Part shown: positions 1 through 9,115 of the stretch, piece after piece
Numbering within the stretch: position 1 is the stretch's first letter
How the letters are laid out: every line of letters starts with the position of its first letter
Source of the DNA: an uncultured Bacillota bacterium
GTDB lineage: Bacteria; Sysuimicrobiota; Sysuimicrobiia; Sysuimicrobiales; Segetimicrobiaceae
Assembly: GCA_963804645.1 (NCBI GenBank)
Contig: CAWDRG010000011.1
Coordinates: 32,001-96,000, forward strand
DNA: 64,000 nucleotides
Reading direction: 5' to 3'
Notes under the pieces: generated by a model
Told to the model about the DNA's origin: nothing
Databases searched by the model: none
What the model saw: the letters and a program-made list of their open reading frames with translations, nothing else
Made by a program: the position numbers and the translations under genes

Positions 1-1
1 G

Positions 2-127
2 CGCCTGAGGGGCCGGCGACACGGACGCGGTGGTGAGCACCGGCGGACGCGAGTCATGCAGCGGCGCCTGAGGGGCCGGCGGCACGTACGCGACGGTGGG
101 CGTCGGAGGACGCGAGTCACGCAGGGG
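2..127 (-). repeat. 63-bp in-frame tandem repeat, 2 copies visible, encoding PL(R/H)DSRPPxxTxAxVxPAPQA
   Basis: gcgcctgaggggccggcg occurs at 1 and 64; ggacgcgagtca at 45 and 108. Confidence 0.8.
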
Positions 128-958
128 CGGCGGTTGCACGGCGGCGGGCGGTACCGTCACCTGGGTCGTTGCCGGCGTTTGCGGCACCCGCGCCGGGCCG
201 GTCGCCGCCGCGCCGGGGATGGCGGACCCCACGACCAGGGTCACCGTCACCGTCCCCGGACTCACCGCGATCCGCTCGGGCACCGGGTGCGCGAGATCGA
301 AGACCACGCGCGTCACATACGGATGGAGCTGAAACTGGGCCGCCCGCATGCCGACCACCGGGCCGGACCCGATCGCCCGGTCCGGGTCGGTGAGGCGAAT
401 CACCGCGCTCGTGAGGTCGACGACGATGCGCTCCGGATCGTGGAACACGCGGTCCACCGCGCGCACGGGCCCGCTCGCGGCCACCGACACCACGACGGTC
501 CCGGCGTCTGTGTGCCAGGCAACATCGGTGATCTGCGTCGTCGCCTCGAGCGTGCCCGCGGCCGGGTCCTCTTTGACGAACGCACCGAGGCGCCGCAGCA
601 CGGACGCCACGGGTCCAACCAGCGTCCCGCCGCGCACGCTCGGGGGGACAGGCAGCGTCCACGACGCGGCGCCTGCGGTGGCGGTCGTCTGCCCCGCGAT
701 CAGGCGGACCGTGGTCCCGCCGGCACCGGTGACGATCATCGTGGCGGCTGCGGGATCCCACGCGGCCGTGGCGCCAAACGCCTGCACGACCGGCGCGATC
801 GCCGCGATCAGGACACCCTGCTCGAACTGCGCGGCCGCGGGGACGGGCACTTGGACGTCGTTCACGACGATGCGAACCGGCTGCGGCTGTGCGGAGCCCG
901 TCCCCAATCCTGCGGCAAGGGACAGAACGAGCGCGAGCGCGGCCGACAACAGCTTCAT
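2..958 (-). CDS. Secreted protein with copper amine oxidase-like N-terminal domain, AMIN domain and Pro-rich linker; runs off the window edge (possibly an amidase or secretin-type envelope protein)
   Basis: Not in the ORF track because there is no stop in the window. Manual translation from ATG 958 with GGAGG upstream: MKLLSAALALVLSLAAGLGTGSAQ signal peptide; VRIVVNDVQV...FGATAAWD (stalk-domain-like); DPERIVVDL...RAAQFQ...VTRVVFDL (AMIN). Confidence 0.75.
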   Translation of the reverse strand, partial: MKLLSAALALVLSLAAGLGTGSAQPQPVRIVVNDVQVPVPAAAQFEQGVLIAAIAPVVQAFGATAAWDPAAATMIVTGAGGTTVRLIAGQTTATAGAASWTLPVPPSVRGGTLVGPVASVLRRLGAFVKEDPAAGTLEATTQITDVAWHTDAGTVVVSVAASGPVRAVDRVFHDPERIVVDLTSAVIRLTDPDRAIGSGPVVGMRAAQFQLHPYVTRVVFDLAHPVPERIAVSPGTVTVTLVVGSAIPGAAATGPARVPQTPATTQVTVPPAAVQPPPLRDSRPPTPTVAYVPPAPQAPLHDSRPPVLTTASVSPAPQA

Positions 959-1008
959 CCAGTCCTCCGACGAAAAATGCGACCTCGTGTGAACGCCGCG
1001 GGGGCCGT

Positions 1009-1035
1009 ATTCGCGCCGCACGCGGAAAATCCTGC
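1009..1035 (-). promoter_or_regulatory. Sigma-H-like promoter GCAGGA-N17-GAAT
   Basis: Same elements and spacing as the Bacillus sigma-H consensus, about 50 nt upstream of ATG 958; the motif recurs across the window. Confidence 0.6.
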
Positions 1036-1077
1036 GTCGCCGGAGAGCGCGCCGGGGCACAGGACGTCGAACCGGCG

Positions 1078-2025
1078 TTACGAGACCTTGCGGGGGTCGA
1101 GCGCGTCCCGGAGTCCGTCGCCCACGTAGTTAATGGACAGCACCGCGAGGCAGATCATCAGCCCGGGGAACAACGCCATGTGGGGCGCGAGGTCGAGGTA
1201 GTTCTGCGCGTCGTACAGGAGGCGTCCCCACGACGGGATATCCGGCGGAAAGCCGAGTCCGAGAAACGACAGCGTCGCCTCCGCGATCATCGCGGTGCCG
1301 ACCGAGAGCGTCGCCGACACGATCACCGGGCTCAGCGTGTTTGGCAGGATGTGGCGGAAGATCTGCGAGACCGGGCCGACCCCGAGGCTGCGCGCCGCCT
1401 CCATGAACTCCCGCTCCTTCACCGCCAAGAATCCGGCCCGCACCAGCCGCGCGGTGGGCATCCAGTTGAGGCCGCCGAGCACGACGACGATCAGCCAAAA
1501 GATGCCGAGCTGCGGCCCGAACATCTTCGCCAGCCCGTCCCGGTACAAGTAGAGGACGAGCAGCAACAGCGGAAGGCTTGGCAGCGAGATGAACACGTCC
1601 GTGAGCCGCATCAGGACGTGATCCGTCGTCCGGCCGAAAAACCCCGCGATGGCGCCCACGAGCGTGCCCAGCGTCATCGAGACCAGCATCGCGGCGAAGC
1701 CCACCGCGATCGAGATGCGCCCGCCGTACAGGCAGCGGGCCAGCATGTCCTGGCCGAGGTCGTTCGTGCCAAACGGGTGCGCCCACGACGGGGTCAGCCG
1801 CGCGTTATGGAAGTCGATCGCGCCGATCGGCACATGGTAGATGATCGGGCCGATGATGGTCGCGGCGGTGAGAAACAGGAACATCGCGCCGCCGGCCATC
1901 GCGAGCCGGTGCTTCCGAAACCGCCGCCACGCGTCGCCCCACAGGGTGCGCGGCGGACGGCGGGACGCGCGCACCGCCGCCGGCAGCGCGGGCTGGCCGA
2001 CCGCGTCCGGGCGCACGCTAACCAT
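1078..2025 (-). CDS. Peptide ABC transporter permease (OppC/DppC family)
   Basis: WRRFRKHRLA N-terminus, HPFGTNDLGQD, EAA loop EFMEAARSLG, RHILPN, C-terminal GDGLRDALDP. Confidence 0.95.
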   Translation of the reverse strand: MVSVRPDAVGQPALPAAVRASRRPPRTLWGDAWRRFRKHRLAMAGGAMFLFLTAATIIGPIIYHVPIGAIDFHNARLTPSWAHPFGTNDLGQDMLARCLYGGRISIAVGFAAMLVSMTLGTLVGAIAGFFGRTTDHVLMRLTDVFISLPSLPLLLLVLYLYRDGLAKMFGPQLGIFWLIVVVLGGLNWMPTARLVRAGFLAVKEREFMEAARSLGVGPVSQIFRHILPNTLSPVIVSATLSVGTAMIAEATLSFLGLGFPPDIPSWGRLLYDAQNYLDLAPHMALFPGLMICLAVLSINYVGDGLRDALDPRKVS

Positions 2026-2963
2026 AGCGAATCCTCGGGTCGAGCAGCCCGTACAGCACGTCGGCGATGATGTTGAACACCACGACGAGGATCGCGTAGA
2101 CGAACGTGATGCACATTACGACCGGCGTGTCGCTGTTCTGGATCGCGGTGATCAACAGCGACCCGATCCCGGGAACGCGGAAGATCTGCTCCGTGATCAC
2201 CGCGCCCGTGAACACCGCGGGCAGCCCGAGCGCCAGCAGGGTCACCACGGGGATCAGCCCGTTCCGGAGCACGTGGCGCACGATCACCTTCCCGGAGCGC
2301 AGGCCCTTCGCGAGCGCGGTGCGCACGTAGTCCTGCTGCACGTTATCCAGCATCGACGACCGGACAAAGCGCATCAGCGTGGCGGACGTGAACAGGGCGA
2401 GCACCACCACGGGCATCACCGACTGCTTGAGGATCTGCACCGGATCGGTCACGGTCGTGTTGTAGATGAACGGCAGCCAGTGCAGCTTCACGCTGAACAC
2501 GATGATGAACAGGATCCCGGTGAAGAACGTTGGGAGCGAGAACCCGATGAACGCCAGCGTAGTGGCGACCTGATCGAAGATGGAGTACTGCTTCACGGCG
2601 GACAGGACGCCGATCGGGATCGCGAACAGCACCGCGATCACGTACGACGAGCCGACGACCGCCAGGTCCGTCGGCAGCCGCTGGCCGATCAGCTGGTCGG
2701 CCGGCACGTGACTCTGGAACGAATACCCCCAGTTACCCTCGACGAACGACGTCGCCCACTTGAACGTACCGCACGTAGACCGGATCGTCCAGGCCCAACT
2801 GGTGGCGGATGTTCATCCGCACTTCGGGCGGGATATCGGGGTTCGCGGCGAACCCCGCGAGCGGATCCCCGGGCGCGAGCGCGAGAATCGCGAACACCAC
2901 CATGCTGATCAGCACCAGCGTGGGGATCGCATGGAGCAGCCGCCGCCCGATGAAGTGCGTCAT
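2018..2963 (-). pseudogene. Peptide ABC permease (OppB/DppB family) split by a 1-nt insertion near 2763 (pseudogene or sequencing error)
   Basis: ORF 2733-2963 encodes the N-terminus (RRLLHAIPTL...PGDP...LGLDDP). Removing one base at TAC-GTTC-AAG-TGG restores KWATSFVEGNWGYSFQ into ORF 2018-2707 (DYVRTALAKGL, RHVLRN, YGLLDPRI). Confidence 0.85.
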
Positions 2964-2997
2964 CCCGACGCCACGCGCCCTCTCGTCGTGTCCGCCG

Positions 2998-4800
2998 CTA
3001 GCCCTTGCGCGTCCAGTCCGCGATGTTCCACGTCTCGTCGTCGAAGGCGGTCATGTTGCCCCCGGTGTCGAGCGTGTTCGCCCGCGCGGAGACGCTCTTC
3101 CGGTCGATCAGCGGGACGCTCGCGATCTGGTCGATCACGCGGTCGTTCATCTTGACCCACAGGTCGTGGCCCTTGGTCGGGTCGAGCTCGGACTGGACCT
3201 GATCGTACAGGTCGTTGTAGGTCTTATCCACCCAGCGGGTGCACGCGATCCCCGACCAGTCGTTGGACTTCTGCGGAATGTCCTGGGCCGTGTCGCCGGT
3301 GTAGAACCGCGCCATATAGCCGATCGGGAACGGCGAGCCGAACGTCGTGGTGAACATCTCGACGTCGGTATAGAAGTGCGCCCACGTGTCGTTGTTGCCG
3401 GGCCCGCTGCTGAAGAAGACGCCGGCGTCGACCGACTTGAGGGTCGTCGCGACGCCGACCTTGTCCCAGCCGGCCTTGACGATCTCCTGCTCCTTCTGCC
3501 GCAGGCTGTTGATGCTCGTCTGGAACACCACCGCGAGGCGCACCCCGCCCTTCTGCCGGACGCCGTCCGGGCCGCGCTGCCACCCCGCCTCGTCCAGGAT
3601 CTTGTTCGCCTGGTCGGGGTCGTAGACGATCTTCGTGTTCTTCGAGGCCAGCGTCGTGGGCGTCGTCAGCGTGTTCGCGGTGGCGACCCCCTCCTGCCCG
3701 TACAGCTGATCGGCCATCGTCTGCCGGTCGATCGCGAGCGCCAGCGCCTGCCGGACCTTCGCATCGGTGAGGAACGGATGCGGGGCCTTTACCGACGACC
3801 GCTCCCCGTCCACGGTCTTGTTTGGGTCGGTAAAGTTGAAGTAGATCTGCTCGACGCCGCCCCCAGCGCCGATCAGCAGCTGGCCCTTCCCGCCCTTGGC
3901 GATGTTCTGCAGCACCGGCCACTCGACCTGAAGGTTCCACGCGTAGTCGTACTCGCCGGTCTCAAACACGGCGCGCGCGGCGGAGGTCGCGTCCCCCCCG
4001 CCCTTCATCTGGACCTGATCGAACGCCGGCTTGTTGGGATCACGGTAGTACGGGTTGATCTTGTAGACCACGAGGTCGCCGGGCCGGAAGCTGTCCACGG
4101 TATACGGCCCCGTGCCGAACGAGAGCAGATTGAACGGCGCGCTGCGGGCGTTGCTGCCGATGTACGGGTCGAGCGCGTGCCGGGGCAGGATCATCCCGTT
4201 CTCGCCGACGAACGGCTGGTACCAGCCCGGGGTCGGCGCCTTGAACGTGATCTTCACGGTCAGCGGATCGAGCGGTTCCACCTTCGCGACGCTCACGTAG
4301 CTGCCGTACGTCGTGGCGCCGGTCAGCTTGTTCGCCACGAACTGATAGGTGAACACGACGTCGTCGGACGTAAACGCGCGCCCGTCCGCCCACTTGATGT
4401 TCGGCTTGAGCTTGTAGACCACGGATTTGCCGTCCGCTGCCACCTGGCCGTTGGCCCGGGACGGCACGTTCGCCGCGAGCACGGGGGTGAAGTTCCCGGC
4501 GGAATCCGCCGACATCAGCGCTTCGTTGACGATGTGCGCCGCGTGGTAGTCCTTGGTGCCCTGCGCGAGGTGCGGGTTCAGGATCGTGGGCGCCTGCCAA
4601 TAGAGCAGCTTGAGGGTGCCGCTCCCGCCGCGCTTGCCCGGCGCCGCGGCCCGCGCGACGCCCGGGGCGGCCGCGGACAGCACCGATCCAATGCCGGCCG
4701 CCGAGAGCCCGAGCACGGCCAACTTGCCGATCGCCTCACGACGGGTGATCCCGCCGGTCCGGAGGTCACGCACGATCCTGCGAAACGCGTCCCGCTTCAT
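2998..4800 (-). CDS. Peptide ABC substrate-binding protein (family 5), Tat signal, paralog 2
   Basis: TRREAI twin-arginine signal; KWADGRAFTSDDVVFTY, GTGPY, KVRQALALAIDR. Confidence 0.93.
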   Translation of the reverse strand: MKRDAFRRIVRDLRTGGITRREAIGKLAVLGLSAAGIGSVLSAAAPGVARAAAPGKRGGSGTLKLLYWQAPTILNPHLAQGTKDYHAAHIVNEALMSADSAGNFTPVLAANVPSRANGQVAADGKSVVYKLKPNIKWADGRAFTSDDVVFTYQFVANKLTGATTYGSYVSVAKVEPLDPLTVKITFKAPTPGWYQPFVGENGMILPRHALDPYIGSNARSAPFNLLSFGTGPYTVDSFRPGDLVVYKINPYYRDPNKPAFDQVQMKGGGDATSAARAVFETGEYDYAWNLQVEWPVLQNIAKGGKGQLLIGAGGGVEQIYFNFTDPNKTVDGERSSVKAPHPFLTDAKVRQALALAIDRQTMADQLYGQEGVATANTLTTPTTLASKNTKIVYDPDQANKILDEAGWQRGPDGVRQKGGVRLAVVFQTSINSLRQKEQEIVKAGWDKVGVATTLKSVDAGVFFSSGPGNNDTWAHFYTDVEMFTTTFGSPFPIGYMARFYTGDTAQDIPQKSNDWSGIACTRWVDKTYNDLYDQVQSELDPTKGHDLWVKMNDRVIDQIASVPLIDRKSVSARANTLDTGGNMTAFDDETWNIADWTRKG

Positions 4801-4843
4801 CGGTGTCCCCCTTCATAATCAGCCTACGGCATCTGCCTCCCTG

Positions 4844-4900
4844 CGCTCACACGCGAACCGCGGCGGCATCGTGCGGCACGCCGCGGTCCGCGTGTGAGCG
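4844..4900 (-). terminator. 22-bp stem-loop between the two binding-protein genes (terminator or mRNA-stabilising)
   Basis: Arms 4844-4865 and 4879-4900 are complementary except one position that is a G-U pair on the transcribed minus strand; begins right after stop 4902. Confidence 0.6.
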
Positions 4901-4901
4901 G

Positions 4902-6704
4902 TTACGACTTCCGCGTCCAGTCCGCGATGTTGCGGGTCTCCGAGTCAAACGGGGACATGTTCTGCCCCACATCCAGGCTGTTCACGTGGCCCGACACGAT
5001 CGTGCGGTCGATGATCGGCAGCGACACCGCCTGGTCGATGACCCGATCGTTCATCTTGATCCAGAGGTCGCGGTTCTTGTTGGGGTCCAGCTCGACGAGC
5101 GCCTGATCGTACCAGTCGTTGTACTGCTTGTCGATCCAGCGGCAGTTGTCGATCCCGGCCCAGTTGTTCACCTTCTGCGCCACCTGCTGGGACGGGTCCT
5201 TCGCGTACCACTGCGCCATGTACGACGCCGGGAACGGCGAGCCGAATGTGTCGGTGTACATCTGCACGTCGGTGTAAAAGTGGCCGACCGTGTCGTTGTT
5301 GCCCGGAGAGCTGCTGAAGAACACGCCCGCGTCGACCGACTTCAGGGTCGTCGAGACCCCGAGCTGGGCCCAGCCCTGCTTGATGATCTCCTGCTCCTTC
5401 TGCCGCAGGCTGTTCACGCTCGTCTGGAACAGCATCTGGAGCTTCACGCCGCCCTTCTGGCGAATGCCGTCCGGCCCGCGGGTATATCCGGCCTCGTCGA
5501 GGAGCTGATTGGCCATTGCGAGGTCGTACGCCATCTTCGTGTTCTTCGACGCGAGGCTGGTCGGCGTCGTCAGCACGTTCGCGGTCGCGTTGCCCTCCTG
5601 GCCATACAGCTGCTGGGCGATCGTCTGGCGGTCGAGCGCCAGCCCCAGCGCCTGCCGGACCTTGAGGTCCGTCAGGAACGGGTGCGGCGCCTTGAGCGAC
5701 GACCGCTCGCCGTCCACCGTCTTGTTCGGGTCGGTCTGGTTCGTGTAGATCTGCTCCACCCCGCCGCCCGCGCCGACCAGCAGCTGGCCCTTGCCCTCGG
5801 CCACCATCTGCTGCAGCACCGGCCACTCGACCTGCAGGTTCCACGCGTAGTCGTACTCCAGGGTCTCGAACACCGCGCGGGCCGCCGATGTGGGATCGCC
5901 GCCGCCCTTCAACTGCACCCCGCTGAACGCGGGCTTGTTGGGATCCCGGTAGTTGGGGTTGATCGTGTACACCACCTGGTCGCCCGGCCGGAAGCTGTCC
6001 ACCATGAACGGCCCGGTCCCGAACGACTTGAGGTTGAACGGCGCGTTCCGCGCGTTGCTGCCGATGTACGCGTCGAGGGCGTGGCGCGGCAAGATCATGC
6101 CCTGGGCGCCCACGAACGGCAGATACCAGGCCGGCGTTGCCGCCACGAACGTCACCTTGACCGTGAGCGGATCGAGCGGCTCGACCTTCGCGACGTTGAC
6201 GTAACTGCCGTAGGTGTTCGCCGCGGTCTGCTTGTTGTGCACGAACTGGAACGTGAACACGACATCGTCGGCGGTAAACGGCCGGCCGTCGGCCCACTTG
6301 ATGCCCGGCTTCAATTTATAAATGACCGTCTTGCCGTCCTTCCCGACCTGCCCGTTGGCCATGGACGGTACGTTGGCCGCAAGCACCGGCGTAAAGGTCC
6401 CGGCCCCGTCCAAGGTCATGAGCGGCTCGAGGACGACGCGCGAGGCGTGAAAGTCCTTCACACCGTCGGCGAGATGCGGGTTCAGGATGGTCGGCGCCTG
6501 CCAGTACAGCAGCTTCAGCGTCCCCTGCGAGCCGCGCGTCACCGCGCCGGCGGCCCGGGCCGCGCGCGGCGCGGCCGCCGAGAAGAACGCCGCGATCCCG
6601 GTCGCCGAGATGCCGAGCGCCGCGAGGCGCGTGATCGCCTGACGGCGGTTCAGCCGCCCCGTCCGAAGGTCTCGAAGCAATACCTCGAGTTGGTGATTGT
6701 TCAT
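4902..6704 (-). CDS. Peptide ABC substrate-binding protein (family 5), Tat signal, paralog 1
   Basis: NRRQAI signal; same length (600 aa) and long identical blocks shared with 2998-4800. Confidence 0.93.
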   Translation of the reverse strand: MNNHQLEVLLRDLRTGRLNRRQAITRLAALGISATGIAAFFSAAAPRAARAAGAVTRGSQGTLKLLYWQAPTILNPHLADGVKDFHASRVVLEPLMTLDGAGTFTPVLAANVPSMANGQVGKDGKTVIYKLKPGIKWADGRPFTADDVVFTFQFVHNKQTAANTYGSYVNVAKVEPLDPLTVKVTFVAATPAWYLPFVGAQGMILPRHALDAYIGSNARNAPFNLKSFGTGPFMVDSFRPGDQVVYTINPNYRDPNKPAFSGVQLKGGGDPTSAARAVFETLEYDYAWNLQVEWPVLQQMVAEGKGQLLVGAGGGVEQIYTNQTDPNKTVDGERSSLKAPHPFLTDLKVRQALGLALDRQTIAQQLYGQEGNATANVLTTPTSLASKNTKMAYDLAMANQLLDEAGYTRGPDGIRQKGGVKLQMLFQTSVNSLRQKEQEIIKQGWAQLGVSTTLKSVDAGVFFSSSPGNNDTVGHFYTDVQMYTDTFGSPFPASYMAQWYAKDPSQQVAQKVNNWAGIDNCRWIDKQYNDWYDQALVELDPNKNRDLWIKMNDRVIDQAVSLPIIDRTIVSGHVNSLDVGQNMSPFDSETRNIADWTRKS

Positions 6705-6814
6705 TAAGCGCCCCCTCCCCTACGTGTGATGTTCGGTCCGTGCGGGCCGCCGACTGCGGCCCGGGTGACGTCGGGGTCACCTCATGGGTTCTGTACGTGC
6801 GCAATTGGGTGGGG

Positions 6815-6841
6815 GTTCGCGGTGTTGCTACGAACTCCTCC
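6815..6841 (-). promoter_or_regulatory. Sigma-H-like promoter GGAGGA-N17-GAAC for the peptide ABC operon
   Basis: Motif oriented toward ATG 6704, about 110 nt upstream. Confidence 0.45.
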
Positions 6842-7046
6842 GCCCCCGGCGCGGTTCGGCGGCCCCACCGGCACCCCGTGCGCCGCCGGGGATCCCGCGA
6901 ACGAGGGCAATCCCGCCGCCCGCCCGCGCACGAACCACAGGATATTGGACCCCCACCCGGCGCCGAAGGTCTCGATCGCGTCCCCGGCCAACACACCGGT
7001 GAGCGTGGGCCGGCGGGCGTCGCGGCCCGACACGGGAGGGAGCCGG

Positions 7047-8030
7047 ATGCTGCTGGCGGGAGACATCGGAGGCACCAAGACGGCGCTCGGCGTCTTCTCG
7101 CCCGAGGCAGGCCCCCGCGCCCCGCTGGCCGAGGCGACGTTCCGCAGCGGCGACTACGAGAGCCTGGAGGCGATCGTGCAGGAGTTCCGCCGGCAGCTCG
7201 CCCATCCGATCGACCGGGCGAGCTTCGGCGTCGCGGGTCCGGTCGTCGGGGGCACGGCCAAGATCACGAACCTGCCGTGGACGATCGACGAGACGCACCT
7301 TCGGCAGCTGCTCGGCCTGCAGCGGGTGCGGGTCGTCAACGACCTCGTGGCGATCGCAAGCGCCGTGCCCGACCTGGACGCGTCCGACCTGCACACCCTC
7401 AACACCGGGCGCGCGGTTCCCGAGGGCGCGATCGCGGTCGTCGCGCCCGGCACCGGCCTCGGCGAAGCGTTTCTCACCGCGAACGGCGGACACTACCAGG
7501 CGCACCCCTCGGAGGGCGGCCACGGCGACTTCGCGCCGCGTGGCGCGACCCAGTGGGGCCTGCTCGAGTCGCTCGCGCGGGACGGGTCGCACGTCAGCTA
7601 CGAGCGGGTCTGCTCGGGCATCGGGATTCCGCGCCTGTACGCGCACCTCAAAGCGGCCGGGACCGCACCGGAGCCCGCGTGGCTGACCGGGCAGCTCGCC
7701 GCGGCGGCCGATCCCACCCCCGTGATCCTCCGGGCGGCGACCGAGCACGTGCCGCCGGCGGAGTTGGCGGTGGCCACGCTCGCGCTGTTCGTGTCGATCC
7801 TGGCGGCCGAGGCCGGGAACCTCGCCCTCAAGGTCCTGGCGACGGGCGGCGTCTACCTCGGGGGCGGCATTCCGCCGCGGATCCTGCCCGCGCTCGACGC
7901 GGGCGGGTTCATGGCGGCGTTCCGCGACAAAGGCCGGTTGTCGGCCCTGCTCGACGCGATCCCGGTGCACGTGATCACGCGTCCCGACGTCGCGCTCACA
8001 GGCGCGGCGCGCGTGGGGCTGGACCTGTAG
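7047..8030 (+). CDS. glk: Glucokinase (Glk group A)
   Basis: LAGDIGGTKT, GVAGPV, ITNLPW, VVND, APGTGLGEA, SEGGH, GGVYLGGGI; GGGAGGG RBS before ATG 7047. Confidence 0.95.
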   Translation: MLLAGDIGGTKTALGVFSPEAGPRAPLAEATFRSGDYESLEAIVQEFRRQLAHPIDRASFGVAGPVVGGTAKITNLPWTIDETHLRQLLGLQRVRVVNDLVAIASAVPDLDASDLHTLNTGRAVPEGAIAVVAPGTGLGEAFLTANGGHYQAHPSEGGHGDFAPRGATQWGLLESLARDGSHVSYERVCSGIGIPRLYAHLKAAGTAPEPAWLTGQLAAAADPTPVILRAATEHVPPAELAVATLALFVSILAAEAGNLALKVLATGGVYLGGGIPPRILPALDAGGFMAAFRDKGRLSALLDAIPVHVITRPDVALTGAARVGLDL

Positions 8031-8122
8031 CGCGGAGCCCCGAAGGCAAGCAGGGGCCGCCGCGCGCGAGGCCAAATCAGTGTGGTGCGACCTCGCGCCA
8101 CCAACCACCGGAGGTGAGTCCG

Positions 8123-9070
8123 ATTAACTACCGCCAGCTTGGACGTTCGGGACTTCGCGTGTCCGTCTACGGGCTTGGATGCAACTCGTTCGGCGGCCGC
8201 GCCGACGAAGCCACCTCGGCGGCCATCATTCATCACGCCCTCGACCACGGCGTCAACCTGCTCGACACCGCCAACACCTACACGGAAACGCGGTCCGAGT
8301 CGATCATCGGCCGGGCCCTCAAGGATCGGCGCGGGGACGCGCTCATCGCCACCAAGTGCGCGGGCAAGGTCGGCGACGGCCCCAACGACCGCGGCACGTC
8401 TCGGTGGCACATCATGCGCGAGGTCGAGCGCAGCCTCGGGCGGCTCCAGACGGATCACATCGACCTGTACCAGATGCACACCTTCGACCCGCACACGCCG
8501 ATGGACGAGACGCTGCGCGCCCTGGACGACCTCGTGAGCCAGGGCAAGGTCCGCTACATCGGATGTTCCAACTTCACCGCCTGGCAAGTGTGCAAGGCCC
8601 TCTGGACGAGCGACCGGCACCACTTCGTCCGCTACGACTCGGTCCAGCCGGCGTACTCCCCGGCCGACCGCCGGATCGAGCCGGAACTCGTCCCGCTGTG
8701 CCTCGACCAAGGGGTCGGGCTCGTCGTGTACTTCCCGCTCGCGGGCGGCGTCCTGACCGGCAAGTACAAGCCCGGCGCCGAGCCGCCGCAGGGCTCGCGG
8801 GCGCTGACCCAGCCGCAGTTTCGCGAGCGCATGAACGAACGCAATCTGGCGCTCTCGGTCGCGATGCAGCAGCTCGCGGCCGAGGCCGGCGTCACGGTCG
8901 CGCAGCTCACGCTCGCGTGGGTGATCGGCCGCCCCGGGATCACGACCGCGCTCGTCGGCGCGACGCGCGTGGCCCAGCAGGAGGAAAACCTCAAGGCGGT
9001 CGACGTGACGCTCGCACCGGACATGGCGACGCGCATCGACGAACTCACCCAGGAGTTTGTGACGTTCTAG
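8123..9070 (+). CDS. Aldo/keto reductase; start probably ATT 8123 (alternative GTG 8114)
   Basis: (I)NYRQLGRSGLRVS, LDTANTY, IATK, SLGRLQTDHIDLYQMH, GKVRYIGCSN, PLAGGVLTGKY. Confidence 0.92.
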   Translation: MNYRQLGRSGLRVSVYGLGCNSFGGRADEATSAAIIHHALDHGVNLLDTANTYTETRSESIIGRALKDRRGDALIATKCAGKVGDGPNDRGTSRWHIMREVERSLGRLQTDHIDLYQMHTFDPHTPMDETLRALDDLVSQGKVRYIGCSNFTAWQVCKALWTSDRHHFVRYDSVQPAYSPADRRIEPELVPLCLDQGVGLVVYFPLAGGVLTGKYKPGAEPPQGSRALTQPQFRERMNERNLALSVAMQQLAAEAGVTVAQLTLAWVIGRPGITTALVGATRVAQQEENLKAVDVTLAPDMATRIDELTQEFVTF

Positions 9071-9115
9071 AGGCGCGGCCGTCCGGCCGCGCCGGGGACT
9101 GAGGAGGCACCGCAG

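Noticed and set aside
1..130. Repeats as a possible CRISPR array
   Set aside because: In-frame 63-bp coding repeat with similar intervening sequence; no cas genes in the window.
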